Of a stretch of 64,000 nucleotides of DNA, positions 12,546-25,304 are shown piece by piece; the stretch's first letter is position 1; every line of letters starts with the position of its first letter. This stretch comes from Camelus ferus (lineage: Eukaryota): contig NC_045697.1 in the NCBI RefSeq assembly GCF_009834535.1, forward strand, positions 27,778,001 through 27,842,000. The letters run 5' to 3'. The notes under the pieces were generated by a model. That model was not told the DNA's origin and did not search any database. It was given only the letters and a program-made list of their open reading frames with translations. The position numbers and the translations under genes were made by a program.

Positions 12546-13029
12546 ATATATATTTTTTTAAACCAGACATCTCAGTCACTGTGGTTCAAAGTTTGAACAC
12601 AGTAAATAAATGTTGTTTTGCGATTTGAATCACAATGTTAAGTTCCATTGTAACTGCTGTCAGATTATCCACTAGGGTAGGCATGGTAATACTGCAACCC
12701 CACGTGGCCAAACTGAACTCATTCAGCTTACTAAAAAGCATCAGCTAGTTAATGCAACTCTGTTACATCAAAGTTTTGCTAAATTTCCTTCTGGAAAAAA
12801 TAATTTGTGATTCCTTGTCTCATTTGAAATAGTAATAACAATAGATATTATTATCTAAGATAGTGGATAAATGTTACCAGGAAAAAATATTCTAGAGATC
12901 ACAACCTATTACATTCCATATAGCTTTAAAAAAAATCATGCTATTAAACTGACAATGTGGAGAGTACTATAAACAACTGTTTGAAAAGACCCTATTCTCC
13001 TTAAGAACTAGGGCTTCTCTATTCAACTT

Positions 13030-13690
13030 CCCAGTGCTTTTTCTAAAATCACATTTCAGCAGTGTAGCTCCCTAGCACTTTGTAGCAGCACTGCAGCCAT
13101 TCCATGTTAATTTATTATTTTATTTATCTTGGTGTGGAAGGCAAGGTGTGGAACCCAAAGCACTGAGGCTTTGTCTTATGTGCTTTCTCCCCATAGAGCT
13201 TAGGATAACGTATACTAAGAGCTTAGTGTCATGCCTGATATGAGGCAGACTCAATAAATGTTTGGTGAATAAATATATGTATTTTAAATGTGTTTTATTT
13301 ACAATAAAATTAAAGGAGAATGTTTACCTAGCCATTGTTTCAAATCCAATTCATGAGATTAAAAGGCTTGATACCCTTATTAATAGCAGACAAAGCAAGA
13401 AAGATAGAAATGTATCTCCTTTAGAGAAATGTTCTCTAGTTGAGCTTCCTGTGTTTCAAAGGCTGTTTTGGCCAAATGCACACCCATACTCTTCACCAGT
13501 GAATGACTATTCATTCATGAAGCAATTAGGATGCACTTACTATGTGTCAGTGTATGGCTTAGTTGCTGAGGATGTTTTAAAGCGGCATTGAACACAGTTC
13601 TTGACCTCAGGAGTTTAATCAGGAAGAACCATAAAAACAAGTCATCCTAACGCTGCCTGATACGTGCCATAGTAGAGAGGTGAATATTAC
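13030..13690. mobile_element. L2 3'-end fragments (plus ~13030-13275, minus ~13505-13690)
   Basis: gcctgatatgaggcagactcaataaatgtttggtgaataaat; tattcattcatgaagcaattaggatgcacttactatgtgtcag. Confidence 0.6.
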
Positions 13691-13694
13691 ATGG

Positions 13695-14415
13695 CGTTAA
13701 TGAGGTTCGTTCAGGCTGCCAGAAAGAGACGTGCTCTGCTGATTGGGGTGATTGTGGTGCGGTGCAGGGATACACGAGGAAGTGGGGAAGAGCAGGAAGC
13801 AGTTTTAGCAGCTGCCTGGCGGAGCTGGGAATGTCATTCAGGACACAGTATACCTCCAGCCACCTGTTTTTCTTGACACAGCTTCAGCAGTAGGCATCTG
13901 TTGCTCCCTCTCCATCACTCTGCCAATATGGTGACTCAGCTACACTCTGCCTCTGCTTTTTCTGCTCATGCTGCCAAATCCTCTCTGCATTCCTCTTCTC
14001 TACTCCATCACTCCTGCTTTGTCCTGGCTCCCACTGCCGTGTAGACTGGGCTTTCAAATTCCTCTCTGGGTGTCTGTCCATCTCTACCCAACATTTTGGC
14101 TTAGTTCCCCCAATAGGTCTCAAATTCAAATTGTGAGATAGAAGCTTCATTTGATTGGCCAGTCATCATCTAGGATACAGTGACCACGCTGGGCGGGGCT
14201 CTTGCATATGCCCATCTCATTGGCTACTTGACATCCCAGGTACAACTGACTTTGTGCCAGCATCAATTCACAGTTCAGCCTGCTGTAGCCAGGTAATCAG
14301 GGCTCATGGCTTACATCCTGTCAACTCATGCATAGAGCACTGTCCGCAGCAGCTTGCATCACAAGAGGGTGTGGTTCAGGCAGGCAATCCTATCAACTGA
14401 CTTTTCTGCAGTACA
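13695..14415 (-). mobile_element. Very old LTR element (MLT1N/O or LTR78/79-like)
   Basis: tcaaattc...tgattggccagtc motif and terminal ...gggtgtggttcaggcaggcaat...gcagtaca; family uncertain. Confidence 0.45.
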
Positions 14416-15720
14416 ATGTCCTAGTGTATTGTTTGCCGTCTTGAATTTGACCATGTCAACTGCTCAGTTTCATACAAATAATGTCAGAGTTACGAGAAAT
14501 TGTTTAGTACATTAAAAAGTTATATTAAATACATAATAATTAAAAATAATTTGAATACCCCACAAGAAGAAAATAGTTGAATATATTATATTTGTAATAA
14601 GGAAGATTATACAGCCTTCCAAAAGATCATGATTTGGAGAATATTTCATGACAAAGAAAAACACTCACTGATACAATGTTAAATAAAAATCAATACATAC
14701 AATTTATATAGTATTATTCATGAATTAATTATACACTAACTTCTGGAATGGAGAGAGAATGAACTGGGAAGATGAATTGACAGTGACTCTGGATGGCGGG
14801 GTGATGTGTCAGCTTTATGTTCTTTCATATGCATTTTTGTATGTCTCAACCTTTCAAAAGGAAAAAAAATCTCAATTATAAGATACACAAAGCAGTGTAA
14901 AAGACCACCCTTTCTGAGTAGGCAAAGCCTGTAAGTTGGTTTGACAAAAATTACACTTTGGATCCTTCTTCCAGTAAAAAAGGGAGATTTCCTTTCTTAT
15001 TTATGACCCAAACAGCTAAGAGAACAAAGACGACAGTGATATCAGAGCACGGCAGAACACCGGGAGGCATGTAGCTCATCACGGGTCCTGTGCTGTATCT
15101 TCTTAGGAGGATGTCTCCGGCGTCAAAACATAGATCCTGCTTGTCCTAATCATTTACTCAAAAGCCACAATGGGATGGGGTTCCCAGGGATTCAAAATCG
15201 GACGCAGGCAGCCTGGCAACAACTGTAACCCCGAGAAGAGTGCTCACAGAAGAGAATACGGAGGGTGAAGGCCCAGAAAAGACAGCTTCCCTGCCTGTGA
15301 GGGCAAGAGAAGAATTTAGAAAGCTGCTGACCTTGGATCTGAGCCTTAAGTAATATTAACTGAATTTCCAAGGGAGCGGAAAAAAAAGGGCGCCTTACTT
15401 CTGTTCCTGAGGTCTAAAGTAATTGAGATAGAAGCAAGAATAGAGTAGATCAGAGACCAAACTACCACCTTTACTCGATAAAGCTGATATTGCAGAGTAA
15501 GGCTTTACGGCTGCGGGTAAGTGGATTTCCAGTTCTGAACCCAGAATTAGACAGATGTATCCACACAGTCACAAGGACTGCATAGCCTCACGGGCCTTCT
15601 GACGGAGGGCAAGACGAATAAAACCTACAACAGGAGAATTAGAGCAGAACACATATTCTTGCCAGGCAGGCTCACCCCAAAGAGAAAAGGAGAGGAAGAG
15701 GCTGAAACGCACATGGTTGG

Positions 15721-16158
15721 TGCAGCAGGTTGAATGGTGACCCTCCCCCCAAAAGATACGTCCACCCAGACTCTGACTATGGCCTAGTTTGGGGGAGAAA
15801 AAAAGTTTCTTTGCAGATGTAATTAAGTGAAGGATCTTGAAATGAGATCATCCTGGGTTAGGGTGGGCCCTAAATCAAATGACAAGTGTCCTTGGAAGAG
15901 AAGGGCAGAAGATAGAGAGAAGGCCACACGAAGATGGAGGCAGAGAGTGGCATCTCCAACGCCAAGGAACACCGAGGATCGTGGGCACCATCAGAAGCGA
16001 GGGGCAGGTTATTCCTCAGAGCCTCCAAAAGGAAACAGCCCTTTCCAAACCCTGGTTTTAGACTTCCGGCTTCCAGAACTGCAAAAGAATACACTTCTAT
16101 TGTTTTAAGCCACTCAGTTTGTGCTGATCTGTCACAACAGTTCTAAGAGACTAACACA
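15721..16158 (+). mobile_element. MLT1C-like MaLR solo LTR
   Basis: tg...gcagatgtaattaagtgaaggatcttgaaatgagatcatcctgg...gacttccggcttccagaactg...ttgttttaagccactcagtttgtg...actaacaca. Confidence 0.9.
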
Positions 16159-16604
16159 CTCTGTTTCTTCTTTTAAACTCAGCCATCTGTGACTCGAGAG
16201 AGGAGTGAGAGGCCAGATTATTTCCCTAGTGGAGCTTTCTCCACACAAAAGGAAATATTATGGGCGGAGAAGACACATCTTCCTCTAAAATAATAATAAA
16301 AGTTGCTAACATTTTTTGAGTGCTTGTCATCCCAGCTATTGTTTTGAGTAGTTTCATGAAGAATACGGCAGAGGACTGTGTAAGGGGAGGGAATTCCAGG
16401 CTAAGGGGAAAGCTCTGCGGGGTTTCCCCGCCCCACACACTTCCTCCTCTGTTCCACCCAGTCCACAGCGTCTGGTCTGGGGCTGCTGGGATCTACAGCT
16501 TTGGGTCCTCAGGGTCCACACCCCCTCTAGTCACAGAGATAGGAGAGTGTTTATTGAAACATAAAATTTCTGTAAATACCATATATGCCTATGAAAAATA
16601 TAGA

Positions 16605-16928
16605 TGTATTAGTCTCCAGAGAAACAGAACCAAAGGCCACTAATTTAAATGTTAATCAGATCTAAAAACTATCTTCACTGTGGGGAAGGTGCAGCTTGGT
16701 GGTAGAGGCATGCCTAGCACGCACAAGGTCCTGGGTTCAATCCCCAGCACCTCCATTAAAGATAAATACATTTTCAAAAACTAATTACCTCTCCCCACCA
16801 AAAAATAAATACACACATTAAAAAAAGTTTTTTTAATGTATCTCCACTGCAACATCTAGATGGGTGTTTGACCAAACAACTGGTGTGTAATGGCCTCGCC
16901 AAGTTGACACATAAAATTAACCCTCACA
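16605..16928 (-). mobile_element. Internally deleted MLT2-like ERVL LTR interrupted by a SINE
   Basis: tgtattagtctccagagaaacagaaccaa...gtttgaccaaacaactgg...ccaagttgacacataaaattaaccctcaca. Confidence 0.8.
16681..16838 (+). mobile_element. Vic-1-like SINE
   Basis: ggtggtagaggcatgcctagcacgcacaaggtcctgggttcaatcccc; TSD tatct(t/c)cactg at 16670-16680 and 16839-16849. Confidence 0.9.
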
Positions 16929-16959
16929 ATGGGCTTTTTTAAAAAATATTATGGATTTT

Positions 16960-17553
16960 TTAATGACGGTAAAATATATATAACATAAAATTGACCAGTT
17001 TAGCCATTTTCAAGTGTACAGTTCAGTGACATTAAGTACATCCACATTGTGGTGCAGAACTTTTCTCATCGTGCCAAACTGAAACTCTGTGACCATTAAA
17101 GAATGTTTAACTCTTCATTTCTCCCTCCCCCAGCCCCTGGCAACCACCATTCTCCTTTCTGTCTCTATGAATTGAACTATCTGTGTGCCTCACAGGAGTG
17201 GAATCATACAGGATTTGTCCTTTTGTGGCTGGCTTATTTCACTTCAAGGTATCTCTGAGGTTCACCCATGTTTTAGTATGTGTCAGAATTTCCTTCTTTT
17301 TAAGGCTGAATAATATTCCACTGTACGTCTACACCACATTTTGTTTCTCCATTCTACTATCGAGGGACGTGTGGGCTGCTTCTCCCTTTTTGGTTATTGT
17401 GAATAATGCTGCTATGAATATGAGTGTGTAAATTTCTGTTGGAGATTCTGCATTCCATTCTTTTAAATACCCAGAAGTGGAATTATTTGATCATATGATA
17501 ACCCTGTTTAGTTGTTTTTTTTTACTGTTTTCCACAGTGGCTGCACCATTTTA
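16960..17553 (-). mobile_element. L1MB-type 3' end
   Basis: aagtgtacagttcagtgacattaagtacatccacattg...ccccagcccctggcaaccaccattc...ttttccacagtggctgcaccatttta. Confidence 0.9.
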
Positions 17554-17695
17554 CTGTGATCTAGTCAGCATTTTCAAACTGGTATCAGAAGATAGGATTA
17601 TTAGTTGCTTAAGAAAACACATATACGTTAATGCTCAGACTGTAGCCACATACCCCAAAGTGAACAAAGCATTCAACAAGCAACCGGAATGAATT

Positions 17696-18180
17696 GTAGA
17701 TTCTGCAGGTTCACCACTCAGCCTTCACTCAATCTTTCTTCTTTCCTAAGAGAATTCTAATTTTATTCAGTTACTCTTCTCTCCTCCACAGTGTCATGTG
17801 CCTCAGGGGGAACTAAGCTCAGCTCTAGGAATGGGTCTAATTGGTCTCAGAAGAATATTGCCCTTGTCAGGAGTCAGGCCATCCTTTGGCATGTGACTCA
17901 ATTTGGGCCAATAAAATGACAGTGAAATTGGTAGCGGGGCTCCTAGAAAATTGTGCCTCATTCTTAGGAAAATATCATAAGAAGAGACCCTTTGTCTTCT
18001 TCTTCTAGACATTGTCATTTCTGCATGTAATTCTTGGAATTGCTACAGCCAGGCTGGCACTAACCTGAGGATAAAGATGACATCAACCATGGAACAGTGG
18101 AGAGATGAAAAGAATCTAGGTCCTTGATGTTAACATCACTGAATTGCTGAAGTAACTCACTCTGGATCCCTCCCTACATT
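17696..18180 (+). mobile_element. MLT1I/J-like MaLR LTR
   Basis: ggcatgtgactcaatttgggccaataaaatg...gaatctaggtccttgatg...actgaattgctga. Confidence 0.7.
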
Positions 18181-18320
18181 TTTTGGTCTACCTGATAGCA
18201 GAACAAGTTGATAAAAATATTTGGTCTTCTATGAAAAAGTAATCTAGTTATAAATACATGAAACATGAAAACAGAGAAAAGGATAAAGGAGGACAAAATA
18301 TAAATTGTTCACAATCCCAC

Positions 18321-18990
18321 TGTATTAGTTCTTGGTTGCAAGCAACAGAAACCAACACTGGTTCACATAAGTAGAAAAGAAATGTATTAGAAGGATTCTT
18401 AAGGAGTTGACAAATCCAACGGCAAGAGAACCGGGAGTCCTTCCCACGGAATCCAGCACCGAGCTCATCCCAATGTATGAGACACCACCAGTGGAGTCAG
18501 AAGCAACACAGTCATTGCCACCATCATCATTGTCTCTGCTGTCACTAGCACCACCCCTGTTATCATTCTCCTATCATCACCTCCACCCCTACTGTGACAA
18601 CCTGCTTGCTGACTATCCAAATGTCAAACCACGGCTGGGACTTGAGGATGCAAATCAAGAGCCTAGGGAACCAAATATAAGGAGGTACGTACACCCAGGT
18701 TCAGACAGATGCCAACAGGCACTTCCATGACTTTGAGAATGAGTGCCTCCTTAAATTGTACACCCTAGCACCCTAGATCCTTCAGTTGCCTCACCTTACT
18801 CCAGGTCCTGTGTCACATGCCCGAGTTTTGCAGTTTTAGGTGGCAGCTTCAGTGTACGAGCCCAGTGTGTATGGCCACATCCCAGCTGCTAGGCAGTGAA
18901 CAAGGAAGGGGCTCCCCTTTCAACATCCACAGACAGTTAGGACAACGCACTCCACCAAGACTTAACATGATGGAAAATTGTCCCCAAACA
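18321..18990 (-). mobile_element. Old MaLR LTR (MLT1M-like) containing a MER91-like fragment at ~18743-18810
   Basis: tgtattagttcttggttgcaagcaacagaaaccaacactgg; gtgcctccttaaattgtacaccctag...gcctcacct. Confidence 0.55.
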
Positions 18991-20539
18991 GGAGTCACCT
19001 TAGAGGTAATCACAATTCACAAAGTTTGGGGCAGTGCCTTCAGGCTTTTTTCCCATACGTATGCACTAGGGGTGGGTACAAAAAAAAGATTTTATATTTC
19101 TTAGTGCAGTTTTTGTTCTTAGGAAAAAATGTTCTAAGGTGGAAATTACCCAAAATTTTCTCCTAACCAGAATCATACCCTGGTGTCTGAAATGTATCAC
19201 CCTTGCAATATGCGAATCTCAAAAAAAAAAAATTATCAATCATATGTTAGAGTTACACTTTTGTTACAAACATTTGATCATTGACCAATTACCCATGTTA
19301 ATTCTTTTCTAAAATCATTGTGGTTTGAAAGTCCCATCATGGATATTTAAGTTGTTGTAAGCAAGAGGTTCACAACCCCAAGCCCCCCATACCCACACAC
19401 CAGCTCATGACAAAATCCTACCAAAGGATCAAAACACTATAGAAAAAAACCCAGAGTAATGATGGGATTCGCTAAATGCACTGGTTGATTCCACTTTAAC
19501 AGTGATACTTACAGAAAGAGGAAAAGCTTTTGAAGTGTAAGCAGTTTAACATGGGGAGAAAATAGACAGTCAAACAAATCACAAATGGAAGGAAACTATA
19601 GAACAATGCAATTTTCAAGCTTGCTTTTCAGGGTAACTTCTTTCTTTAAACTGTGTTTACTTTAAATTTAATTAGTTTACTCTTTCTCAAAGTGTGGTCA
19701 GAAGTCACTGTTTTAAAAAAATTTCACTTTCTTTAATGGTAAAAAAAAAAAAAAATTACCCAAGGCTTATCTGCACATTTTCTTACAGTTTTACTCTGTC
19801 TTCATAAAGCTGATTCGTTGACAGTTGCTAAGGTGATGGCTTTTTTACAAGACACTTTATTTATGGAGAATAGTTAAAGGAGAGGCATCTTTTACTTGAG
19901 AAGTTTTAGAAAAAAAAGATACTTTCATTTGCCATGTATGTCATTCCTGGTCAAGTTTTAAAGACAAGAGAACTAAGAGATGTTGTTGAGACTTAATGAA
20001 ATTAAGGACAAATGTACTCTGGAAACAAAAGCTTTAAAGGTTCCTAGCTGGTACGGCTGTTGCGTTCAATCCCTTTACTGTTTTTATTTGACTGTTTTAG
20101 CTTGTGAAACTCAGACTTCAAGTGGCCTCTAAGATTTAGAGAAATATGCCTTCTATTACATGACTCAAGAAGCAGACATAAGTAGTCAAAATAAGAGTCA
20201 CTTAACAAGAGATTTTTTAAAAATTTTTGTTCTAATTTACTTGAGCTGTCCTTGAACCAAAGACATCAGCTCCCACCAGTTGAATGAGCTTTGTGTCACA
20301 CAAATGTTTACCATCTATTATTGTTGTCATTATAATTATTATTATTAAAGGAATTACTGCAAGTGGTAAGAATATCCAGAACAATAAACCCAAAGCTATT
20401 TTCTGGGTAGAACTGCTTGTCCTATATTCAACATCCCTAAGCTGCTATATTTCCTGAGAGAAATGTCTACATAGCTCACCACCTGTAATTCACCATCTTC
20501 CTACCCACAAGCTAGCAGCAGTATGAAGCTGACAGGCAG

Positions 20540-20932
20540 AGACTTTCAATCTGTTTCTTCTCAGGCACAGAGAAATGATGTGATGGGACCCAACTATAAG
20601 GGCTTCTGGGTAGATTGTCCCCATTTCTAAACAGAGACACAAGACAGAAATATTCCATTTTTCTCCTCTCAACTTTGTCATCTGTAAGTAAAGCCTGAAA
20701 CAGTCATGGACATCTTGTTAAAATGTGGACAAAAACAAACATACTGGGAATGACAGAGTGAAAATCTGAATAAAAGAAATACAGGACCATGACGGCATTG
20801 CTGGGCAGTTGAAATAACCTTGCAGTCACTTTTCCTCCAAACTTCTTATTTTGTGAGATAATGTATCTCTATTGTTTAAGCAACTTGGAGTTGAAATTTC
20901 TGTTACTTAAGCCATAAGCACCCTAACTGACG
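20540..20932 (+). mobile_element. MLT1I/J-like MaLR LTR
   Basis: gggcttctggg...ttcttattttgtgagataat...ttgtttaagc...ttctgttacttaagccataagcaccctaactga. Confidence 0.75.
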
Positions 20933-21371
20933 TTGACAGATTGCAAAAAGGGTCACAGTCTTCACCCCTCCATGTATCTATGACTTATACAATGCAACTT
21001 TGCCTCTCCTCCCATCAGGAGGCGATTTCTCCACCCCTTGAATCTGAGCTGGGCTTGTGACTTGCTTCGGACAATGTGAGAAGTTCAGAGCCTCAAGAGG
21101 CTTTGCATAATTGCTTTCTCGCTTGTGGAATCCTGCTGTCACCATATAAGGAAGCCCTGGCCAGCTGATGGAGAAACACCGTGGAGAGTAACTCAGTTCT
21201 TCCAGCCACTTCAACTGAGCCATCAAACCATTCAGCCCAACCAACCCACCAGCTGACCACAGGTATACGAGAAGACTCAGCCAAGATCAGCCACACCAGC
21301 CCAGACCAGATCTTCTTAGCTATCCCAGTCTAAGGTGCCAAACTACAAAATTAAGAATTAAATTAGTGGTT
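20932..21371 (+). mobile_element. MLT1G/H-like LTR split by an L1; resumes at ~22573-22610
   Basis: ccccttgaatctgagctgggcttgtgacttgctt...; 3' part gtggttattattttaagccactgtgttg follows the L1. Confidence 0.75.
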
Positions 21372-22572
21372 TTGATTTGCATTTCCCTGATGTTTTGTGA
21401 TGTTGAGTATCTGTTGGCCATCTGCATTTCCTCTTTGGAAAAATGTCTCTTCTTTTCTGCCCTGTTTTAATCGAGTTGTTTGTTTATGTTGGATACTAAC
21501 TGCTTATCGGTCATATCACTTGCAAATATCTTCTCCCATTCAGTAGGTTGTCTTTCTGTTTTGTCGATGGTTTCCTTAGCTGTGCAAAAGCTTTTAAGTT
21601 TAATTAGGTCCCATTGGTTTATTTTTGCTTTTATGTCTTTTGTTTTAGAAGACGGATCCAAAAAAATATTGCTACGATTTATGTCAAAGAGTGTTCTGCC
21701 TATGTCTATGTTTTTCTCAAGGAGTTTCATGGTATCTGGCCTTACATTTAGCTCTTTAATCCATTTTGAGTTTATTTTGGTATATGGTGTTAGAGAATGT
21801 TCTAATTTCATTCTTTTACATGTAGCTGTCCAGTTTTCCCAGAACCACTTATTGAAGGACTGTCTTTTCTGTATTGTACAGTCTTGTGTCCTTTGCCATA
21901 GATTAATTGACGTTAAGTGCATAGGTTTATTTCTGGGCTGTCTATTCTGTTCCATTGATCTATGTGTCCATTTTTGTGCTGGTACCATACTGTTTTGATT
22001 ACTATAGCTTTGCAGTATAGTCTGAAATCAGGGCATGTGATTACTCCAGCTCTGTTCTCCTTTTCCAGATTATTTTGGCTATTCAGACTCTTGTGTGTTT
22101 CTATACACATTTTAAGATTATTTGTTCTAGCTCTGTGAAAAATGCATTAGAGGGCATTATGCTAAGTGAAGTAAGTCAGACAGAGAAAGACAAACACTGT
22201 ATGATATCACTTATGTGTAGAATCTAAAAAATACAACAAACCAGTGAATATAACAAAAAAGAAGCAGACTCACAGATATAGAGAACAAACTAGTGGTTAC
22301 CAATGGAGAAAGGGAATCAGGGAGAGGCAATATAGAGGTAGGGGATTAAGAGGTAAAATGTATTAGGTATAAAATAAGCTACAAGGATATAAGTACAACA
22401 CTGGGAATACAGCAAATATTTTATAATAACAATAAATATTTTATAGTAACTATAAATAAAACCTTTAAAAATTGTGAATCACTATATTGTACATCTGTAA
22501 CTTATATAATATTGTACAACTATACTTCAATTTTCAAACGAATTTTTTAATTTAAAAAAAAAAGGTTTTTTT
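21372..22572 (+). mobile_element. 5'-inverted (twin-primed) young L1: ORF2 fragment inverted at 21372-~22148, sense ORF2 end/3'UTR/A-tail at ~22149-22572
   Basis: ORFs 21467..21988(-) and 21913..22110(-) carry L1 ORF2 motifs ([48 protein letters not shown]); perfect 18-bp TSD agaattaaattagtggtt at 21354-21371 and 22573-22590. Confidence 0.95.
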
Positions 22573-22826
22573 AGAATTAAATTAGTGGTTATTATTTTAA
22601 GCCACTGTGTTGTGTTCTCCTTAAGGCCTCTGTAGGCTCTATGCCCTCTGCCTGGAAAGCAGACCTATGGCATTCAAGCCTCTTCTCAAATGTCATCTCC
22701 CCTAACCATCTAAAAGAGCCCTCAATTCCATCATCCTCGATCCCTTTAACCTGCCTTGTTTTCTGTCTAGTATTTATCATTACCGGAAATTACATGATTA
22801 TTCATTTGTTGGCTTATTTCTTGTCT

Positions 22827-23338
22827 GTATTAATATGAGTTTCCTATTGCTGTTGTAACAAATTGCCACAAACTGGGTGGCTTGAATAACACAAATGTTT
22901 TATGTTGGAGTTCTGGAGGTCAGAAGTCTGAAATGGGCCTCAATGGGCTAAAATTGACATATGGGCAGGGCTGTGTTCCTTTTGGAGAATTCATTTCCTT
23001 GCCTTTGACCTCGGGTGGAGGCCACTTGCGTTCCCTGGCATTTGTCCCCCTTCTGTAGTCAAAGTCAGCAACAGCAGGTCAAGTCCTTGTCACATGGCGT
23101 CACTCGGACACCCACGCTTCTGCTTCCTTCTTTGTCTTTTAAGGACCCTTGTTATTATGTTGGGCCCACCTGGGTAATCCAGAATAATCTCCCTATTTGA
23201 AAGCCAGTGTTTTAGCAACCTTACTTCCATCTGCCGCCTTAATTCTTCCTTGTCATGTAACCTACTATATTCACCAGTTCCAGGAATTAGAACATGGACA
23301 TCTTGCGGGGGTGGGGTGGGACACTGTTTTGCCTACCA
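22827..23338 (-). mobile_element. MLT1C/D-like MaLR LTR
   Basis: gtttcctattgctgttgtaacaaattgccacaaactgggtggcttga...gggcccacctgggtaatccagaataatctccc. Confidence 0.85.
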
Positions 23339-23479
23339 GTCTCCACACATACTGAAGTATAAGTCTCACTGGGCCCAGAACCAGGGCTTCTTCACCATTC
23401 CCCTGCACCTGCCACACAGCAACATGTATTGCTTGATATGTGTTTGTTAAGTGAATACTTGAACACAACATAGTTATAA

Positions 23480-23680
23480 GAGCTTTGCCTGTGTTACCCC
23501 AATTTCATCTGCACAGCTACTCTATGAAGAACAATTATCCCCATTTTACATTTGAGAAAATGAAGGCACAGAGAAGTTAAGTAACTTGCCTAAGGTCACA
23601 CAGTAAGTGCCAGAGGCAAAGGCACAAACTGAAACAAACTCTAAGGCCTTTGCTCTAATCACTGCGCTACAGCCCCCTCC
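23480..23680 (-). mobile_element. MIR
   Basis: attatccccattttaca...gaaggcacagagaagttaagtaacttgcctaaggtcacacag. Confidence 0.9.
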
Positions 23681-24698
23681 TAAGGGAGTCATGGAAAAGG
23701 AAAGGTGGGGCCCTTCTAGATTCTGCCTTGAATAAACCAAGCAGGGAGAAAGTCATTCTCCTTAACACATGGCTGTTCAGTGTCCGTCTAGATACTGTTA
23801 GTGAAGACACACTCACTAATTTGAGGAGGAAGCTTATTTCAGTCTTTCAGCCAGGTTTGGTTTGGGGCCAACTAATCACAGCCACCCACAGGTTCCTGAG
23901 GGTCCTTTCAAGTTAAATGGAAACTCTTTTGTTTTTCCTGAGCAGGCCTCCTGCATAGACTCGCTGTCTGCTTTTGTGAACTGCGCTAGGCTTTGAAGAA
24001 ACTCAGGGACCAACACTCTCTTTGCTTCAAGGCCAGATCAGAGCCAGCTTCAGCAACCTCCTTCTGTAGCCTTTCCCCTGAATGTCACCCGGGTCTCACC
24101 CAAAGACCAAAGACCCAAGACCCCTCCACACAGATAACACCCCTTGGCCCCAAACTCAGCATTCAGGATGCTCCAGAGAAGAGAGAGTAAGTGAGGGGCT
24201 TTTATACTCATTTCCCTCCATTCCTCCCCAAATTTCCATCTCCCAGACCAAGAGAGGGGGTGGGTGAGGCATTGTTCTAAGAGGACCCTATTGTATATTT
24301 GATGAATACAGGGCCCTTCCCTCAGGAGGCTGGGAAGGGGAATGGAGAGTGGGTGGCCAACACACAATACTTTTCTTTTTCTGACAAATAATCCAGAAAG
24401 TGGATAATTCCCACAAACATAATCAAGTTAGCAATCCATGTGTAATTTGGCAATATGCTTGCTAGTCAAATGATGACTTAAATTGCTGGTGGGATTTTGA
24501 AAGGAAAATTTACTTAGTCATTTTAATAAGAGTGTTCCTTGGAGACAAGTTTTTCAAAGAATGTTGAGGCAAATAAGACTCAGGTCAAAGAATTATCTGT
24601 AGGTCTGTGTCATAACAGCTGTTCCCAGTACATTATCTCCCCTTTAATGAACCAGTTACCATACCCACAAAGCCCCTCTCTCTTCCCCCAACCCCCCT

Positions 24699-24708
24699 CA
24701 CACACACA

Positions 24709-24756
<48 letters not shown>
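24699..24756. repeat. (CA)n microsatellite
   Basis: Seen directly. Confidence 0.95.
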
Positions 24757-24757
<1 letters not shown>

Positions 24758-25304
24758 CATCTCAACTATATACACACATTCGTTTATATAGACACGCCTA
24801 GTATTTCCCAGTTACCCAGGAACTCCCCCAGCCCTCCTCCCACATGCTGTCCTGCTCTCCACTTCCACAGATAATTCCACTTTACATAATGGCAACACTG
24901 GAATTATCCAGTTCAGTTATAATTCTTCCATTATTCATCAAATGCTATCCATGTAGGCTGTCAGTATCAGTCCCTATGCATAAGTTCATATCCCAGCTCC
25001 ACTCACTATCTATGTGACTCCAGGCAAATTATTTAACTTCTTTGAGCCTCTGTTTCTGCATCTGAGACTGGCATAGTGATCATCGCTAGCCCATGTGCCC
25101 ATGCTCAATACTGAGCATCAACTATGCACCTGACCTTGTTCTAGGTGCTCAGGATACAGCAATAAAAAATGATAAAAAGCCCCTGCTCTCGGGAAGCTTA
25201 TGTTCCAGTGAGGAGGAAATGGGTCTCCAGTAAACAAATAATGTAATTTCAGATAAGTGCTATTAAAGGTAATACACAGTAATATAACATACATCTAGGG
25301 GGAA

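Noticed and set aside
21467..21998. 173-aa and 172-aa ORFs as host genes
   Set aside because: They are an L1 ORF2 fragment and its antisense shadow
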